A DNA stretch of 44,878 nucleotides, from the NCBI GenBank assembly GCA_025055465.1, contig JANWXA010000001.1, positions 1 through 44,878 on the forward strand. The letters run 5' to 3'. The notes under the pieces were generated by a model, which was not told the origin of the DNA, searched no databases, and worked only from the letters and a program-made list of their open reading frames with translations. Position 1 is the first letter of the stretch. Every line of letters begins with the position of its first letter. A program made the position numbers and the translations under genes. Positions 44,657-44,878 of the stretch are shown in pieces. The stretch is from Candidatus Kapaibacterium sp. (lineage in GTDB: Bacteria > Bacteroidota > Ignavibacteria > Kapaibacteriales > HRBIN21).

Positions 44657-44878
44657 ATGGCACTCCGTATCTACACGCGCACTGGCGACGACGGCACAAC
44701 CGGACTCTTCGGCGGCGGGCGCGTCTCGAAAGCCCATCCACGCTTGGAGGCCTACGGAGCGGTGGATGAGCTCAACGCCATCCTCGGCATCGTCCGGACC
44801 CATGAACTCCCTGAAGAGCTTATAGACGACCTCCGCACAATCAGCTCCTGGCTTCTCGTCGTAGGCGCCGACCTGGCA
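44657..44878 (+). CDS. PduO-type ATP:cob(I)alamin adenosyltransferase (5' part only; runs off the window end)
   Basis: The frame from ATG 44657 stays open to the window end. MALRIYTRTGDDGTTGLFGGGRVSKAHPRLEAYGAVDELNAILG is the conserved N-terminus of the PduO/MMAB family. It is absent from the ORF track because no stop falls within the window. Confidence 0.85.
   Translation, partial: MALRIYTRTGDDGTTGLFGGGRVSKAHPRLEAYGAVDELNAILGIVRTHELPEELIDDLRTISSWLLVVGADLA

Noticed and set aside
43176-44803. Two long minus-strand ORFs (43176..43964 and 43898..44803)
   Set aside because: The first is an alternative frame of the Yip1 gene. The second is antisense to the UPF0173 hydrolase and the PduO-type gene. 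Both real genes have clear family signatures.

Overview
GC-rich (about 60% by eye, not computed), very gene-dense bacterial chromosomal segment. It holds about 44 protein genes, many joined by 1-nt, 4-nt (ATGA) or longer start/stop overlaps. The content is overwhelmingly housekeeping. On the plus strand: prmC, metE, an unassigned Rossmann protein, purN, an EF-G paralogue, an isolated nuoJ-nuoK pair, an HpnC/HpnD-like squalene synthase pair, polA, an Lrp/AsnC regulator with type III glutamine synthetase, recX, and an OmpA/PD40 protein. On the minus strand: an operon of a Zn-ribbon protein, purL, coaE, a hotdog thioesterase and ftsE. Back on the plus strand, a co-directional chain: TlpA-like thioredoxin, large beta-barrel protein, DAACS symporter, yggS, punA, a lipoprotein and pta. 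Then alaS, pth, dedA plus an SDR, an XRE-cupin regulator, a 2H phosphoesterase, maf, a lone ABC permease, plsY, a Yip1 protein, a UPF0173 hydrolase and a PduO-type adenosyltransferase cut by the window end. Two proteins end in type IX secretion (T9SS) C-terminal sorting domains, which suggests a member of the Bacteroidota/Rhodothermota/Ignavibacteriota-Chlorobiota (FCB) group. I found no rRNA, tRNA, CRISPR array, transposase/integrase or recognisable defence system, and I cannot point to a clear multi-gene novel system. The items most worth a second look are: (1) a stand-alone tail-fibre-like gene (own Shine-Dalgarno, own 13-bp terminator) that combines YadA-like head repeats, a phage-type S74 intramolecular-chaperone domain and a T9SS sorting domain, and whose signal-peptide exon is separated from the body by one in-frame TAG; (2) an ~830-nt coding desert between polA and the Lrp/GS-III pair, carrying a strong intrinsic terminator far from any ORF, a C-rich tract, a perfect 3x11-nt tandem repeat and two inverted repeats; (3) a 558-aa Rossmann protein of unknown family translationally wedged between metE and purN; (4) a Zn-ribbon membrane protein coupled to purL; (5) a TlpA-like thioredoxin coupled to a 538-aa beta-barrel; (6) a T9SS cargo built from an internally duplicated Cys-pair domain. 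All functional calls come from motif and family recognition by eye; no searches were run.
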